In this document: piece by piece, positions 61,680 to 64,000 of the stretch
Numbering within the stretch: position 1 is the first letter of the stretch
Layout: each line of letters opens with the position of its first letter
NCBI GenBank assembly: GCA_964016885.1
Contig: OZ024742.1
Span: forward strand, 210,738,001 to 210,802,000
Reading direction: 5' to 3'
Source of the DNA: Eledone cirrhosa
Taxonomy: Eukaryota
DNA: 64,000 nucleotides
Program-made: the position numbers and the translations under genes
The notes under the pieces: generated by a model
Databases searched by the model: none
Told to the model about the DNA's origin: nothing
What the model saw: only the letters and a program-made list of their open reading frames with translations

Positions 61680-63030
61680 TGTTTCTCTTTCTCTTAATTT
61701 CGAGTACATTTTTGACCAGCCACCTTCCTGGTGGCAAGGTTGTAAAAGAAAAGAAATTATCATCCCTTGAATCACAAGAATGTTTTGCAAATTTTGAAGG
61801 TGCCAGCTATCGCAGCCATTTGTAGACTATGAATTAGGGAGCTGCGCTCTTTGTCCACAAATCCAAGTTCAGTTATACATTGGTCCAAGTGGGTTGGCAT
61901 ATAACTTGTAGCTCCAATAATGATGGGTATGAAGCTGAAGGTGTATCTCGGATACTGGATCTGCAAAAAACTCTTCATTAATGGTCCGTAGATGTCCTAC
62001 TTCTCTTGTACTTTTCTTAAAAAATTGATATCAAGTGGGCAGCTGATCCCTACAACAGAGCATGTTTTCAATGTGTGGTCCCAAACAACAAGATCAGGCC
62101 GGTTGTGCTTTAATTTGGTGGTAGTTTTTTTATTTTCAGGTTCCACCAGTATTCTTTAGAGCTATCTATCTCAACATATTCCTCCTCATTTGTTTTTAAT
62201 TTTGTTTTCTTAAGTGCGCTTCAGATGGTGCTAGCTATCACATCGTGTCTCATAGGGAGGTAGTAGCGAGACAACATTCTTTCACAGTATGTATGTATGC
62301 ATGCATATATGTATGTTCTCTATTTCTCTTAATTTTGAGTTTATTTCTGACCAACCATCCTCCCGGTGGCAAGGTTGTAAAGAAAAGAAATTGTAGCTTA
62401 TGAATTAAGGAGTGACATTCTTTCTCCACGAGTCCAAACTCAGTTATACTTTGGTCCAGGTGCTGGTATATAAACTGTAGCTCCAATAATGACAGGTATG
62501 AAGCTGAAGGTGTATCTTAGATACTGGATCTGAAAACTCCCCATCAATACTCCATAGATATCCTCCTTCCCTTGCATTTTTCTTACTACATTGACATCAA
62601 GTGTGTAGCTGACTTATACAACAGATCATGTTTTCAATGTGTAGTACCAAACAAGAATATCAAGCCAGTTGTGCGTTAATTTGGGGGGCAGTTTTTAATT
62701 TTAGGTTCGACCATTATTCCTTTGAGACATCAGCCTCAACATATTCCTTCTATTTGATTTGATTTTCATCTTCCATAATGCCTTCAAGATCATTCTAGCT
62801 ATCACATCCTGCCTCATAGGGAGGTAGTAACGAGAAGACATTCTTTCACAGTTGGCAATAATGTGGCTAACATCTTCAATCTCTGTTGTGCATAGCCTAC
62901 ATTTATTGTCAACTGATGACCTTCTTTTGTACAGTAGGTACTTGGTGGGGATTTCTTGTTCCTGGATTGCATGGAGGTATCCTTCAATGTGGGATTTAAT
63001 GAACTTGTTGGAACTCCATATCAAGCTTTA
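61680..63030 (-). mobile_element. Two tandem 5'-truncated R4/Dong-like 3' fragments
   Basis: EGYLHAIQEQ, CRLC..H..NC, NRPD and KICKTF motifs. Duplicated 3'UTR with gccacc..ggtggc stem at ~61690-61757 and ~62325-62392. Confidence 0.85.
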
Positions 63031-64000
63031 ATATGGTTCATCCTCTATGTATGTATTTGTGTGTGTGTGTGATGAGGTTTAATTATGTCCCACAGAGTCA
63101 ATTAAAAGTAAATTAAAAGGTGGATACCATACTTAAAAATGAAGTATAGGCTGGTGCCTGGAAGGGCATCCAGCCATAGAAGAAAAAAAAACTGCCTTAA
63201 AAACTCTCGATCAACTCATGGAAAAGTGGACATAAAACAAGGATGATAATGAAATATGTGTGTGTGTGTTTGAGAAAGAAAGAGAGAAAGAGTTTATTTC
63301 AATGATTTTTGTGTGATTTTTTTTTTTTTCGTATTCAAGGAAAGAAAACAACTATTCGTGGGTAGTGTGACAGTGTGATCTATTTTCTCTGAAAAAGTAT
63401 AAAAATCAAAAGGTTATACTTTATTCTGTTAACTTGTTTGAACATATAACTTAATGTTTGATGATATTGACTCACCTTTAGTGTACTCATTCATGCAAAA
63501 TATATTGACCTATATTTCTGGCAATAATTTGAAGCTTAGAAATTTAGTATGAAAGCTTTGATATTGTAGATAATCTGTCTGGGTTTTTTTCCTTTCCACT
63601 GACCAGCCATTATTTTAGTCACATTGAATTTAAACTAAAGAAACTGAACAGTTATTTAGCTGCATTATGGATAAAACATTCAAAAGAAATGTTAATAAAC
63701 AAGTATATCAATTGGAAATATTACTTAAGTAACTTGCATATCAAACTATTTGTAATGTATCTAGAAATATCCTGTGACTTATGTGCTAGCCTTCTTTGCC
63801 TTCAAATTTTTGAGGTCATTGAAATAATTTTATACTGATGAGGATTTCTAAAATTGGCACAAGATTACACAACTGATGTGAAGGCTCAGTCACTTAACTC
63901 TTTCGTTGCCAAACTGACTGAAACTGGCTTTCGTTCTATGAAACAAAACCATCCATTTTAAATGGTTCTTATTTAAAATTTCCAACATCATTTTGTATAA

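Overview
Eukaryotic, AT-rich, microsatellite-laden DNA made almost entirely of transposable elements. No host gene could be supported. The SINE and RTE families resemble those of octopod cephalopods (inference from recalled family motifs). Contents: one RTE LINE with an uninterrupted 1020-aa ORF carrying a PHD finger inside the RT, plus >15 other RTE copies or tails; a CRE-like element with an N-terminal PHD finger, split by a hAT/Buster transposon with an 8-bp TSD; an R4/Dong-like element with nested SINEs; a Naiad-like Penelope RT; a deleted Gypsy LTR element; Helitron pieces; MITEs; and many tRNA-derived SINEs. Main observations: (1) a SINE copy upstream of the CRE-like ORF with a dense, strand-specific A-to-G pattern in ADAR-preferred contexts, i.e. 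a probable hyper-edited RNA written back into DNA; (2) about ten dispersed type I hammerhead ribozyme motifs, including an intact-core one with a long helix II, inverted pairs, and two 300-400 nt partial tandems resembling retrozymes; (3) a candidate HDV-like ribozyme; (4) a 760-bp foldback at an RTE 5' end. All alignments were done by eye and boundaries of decayed elements are approximate.
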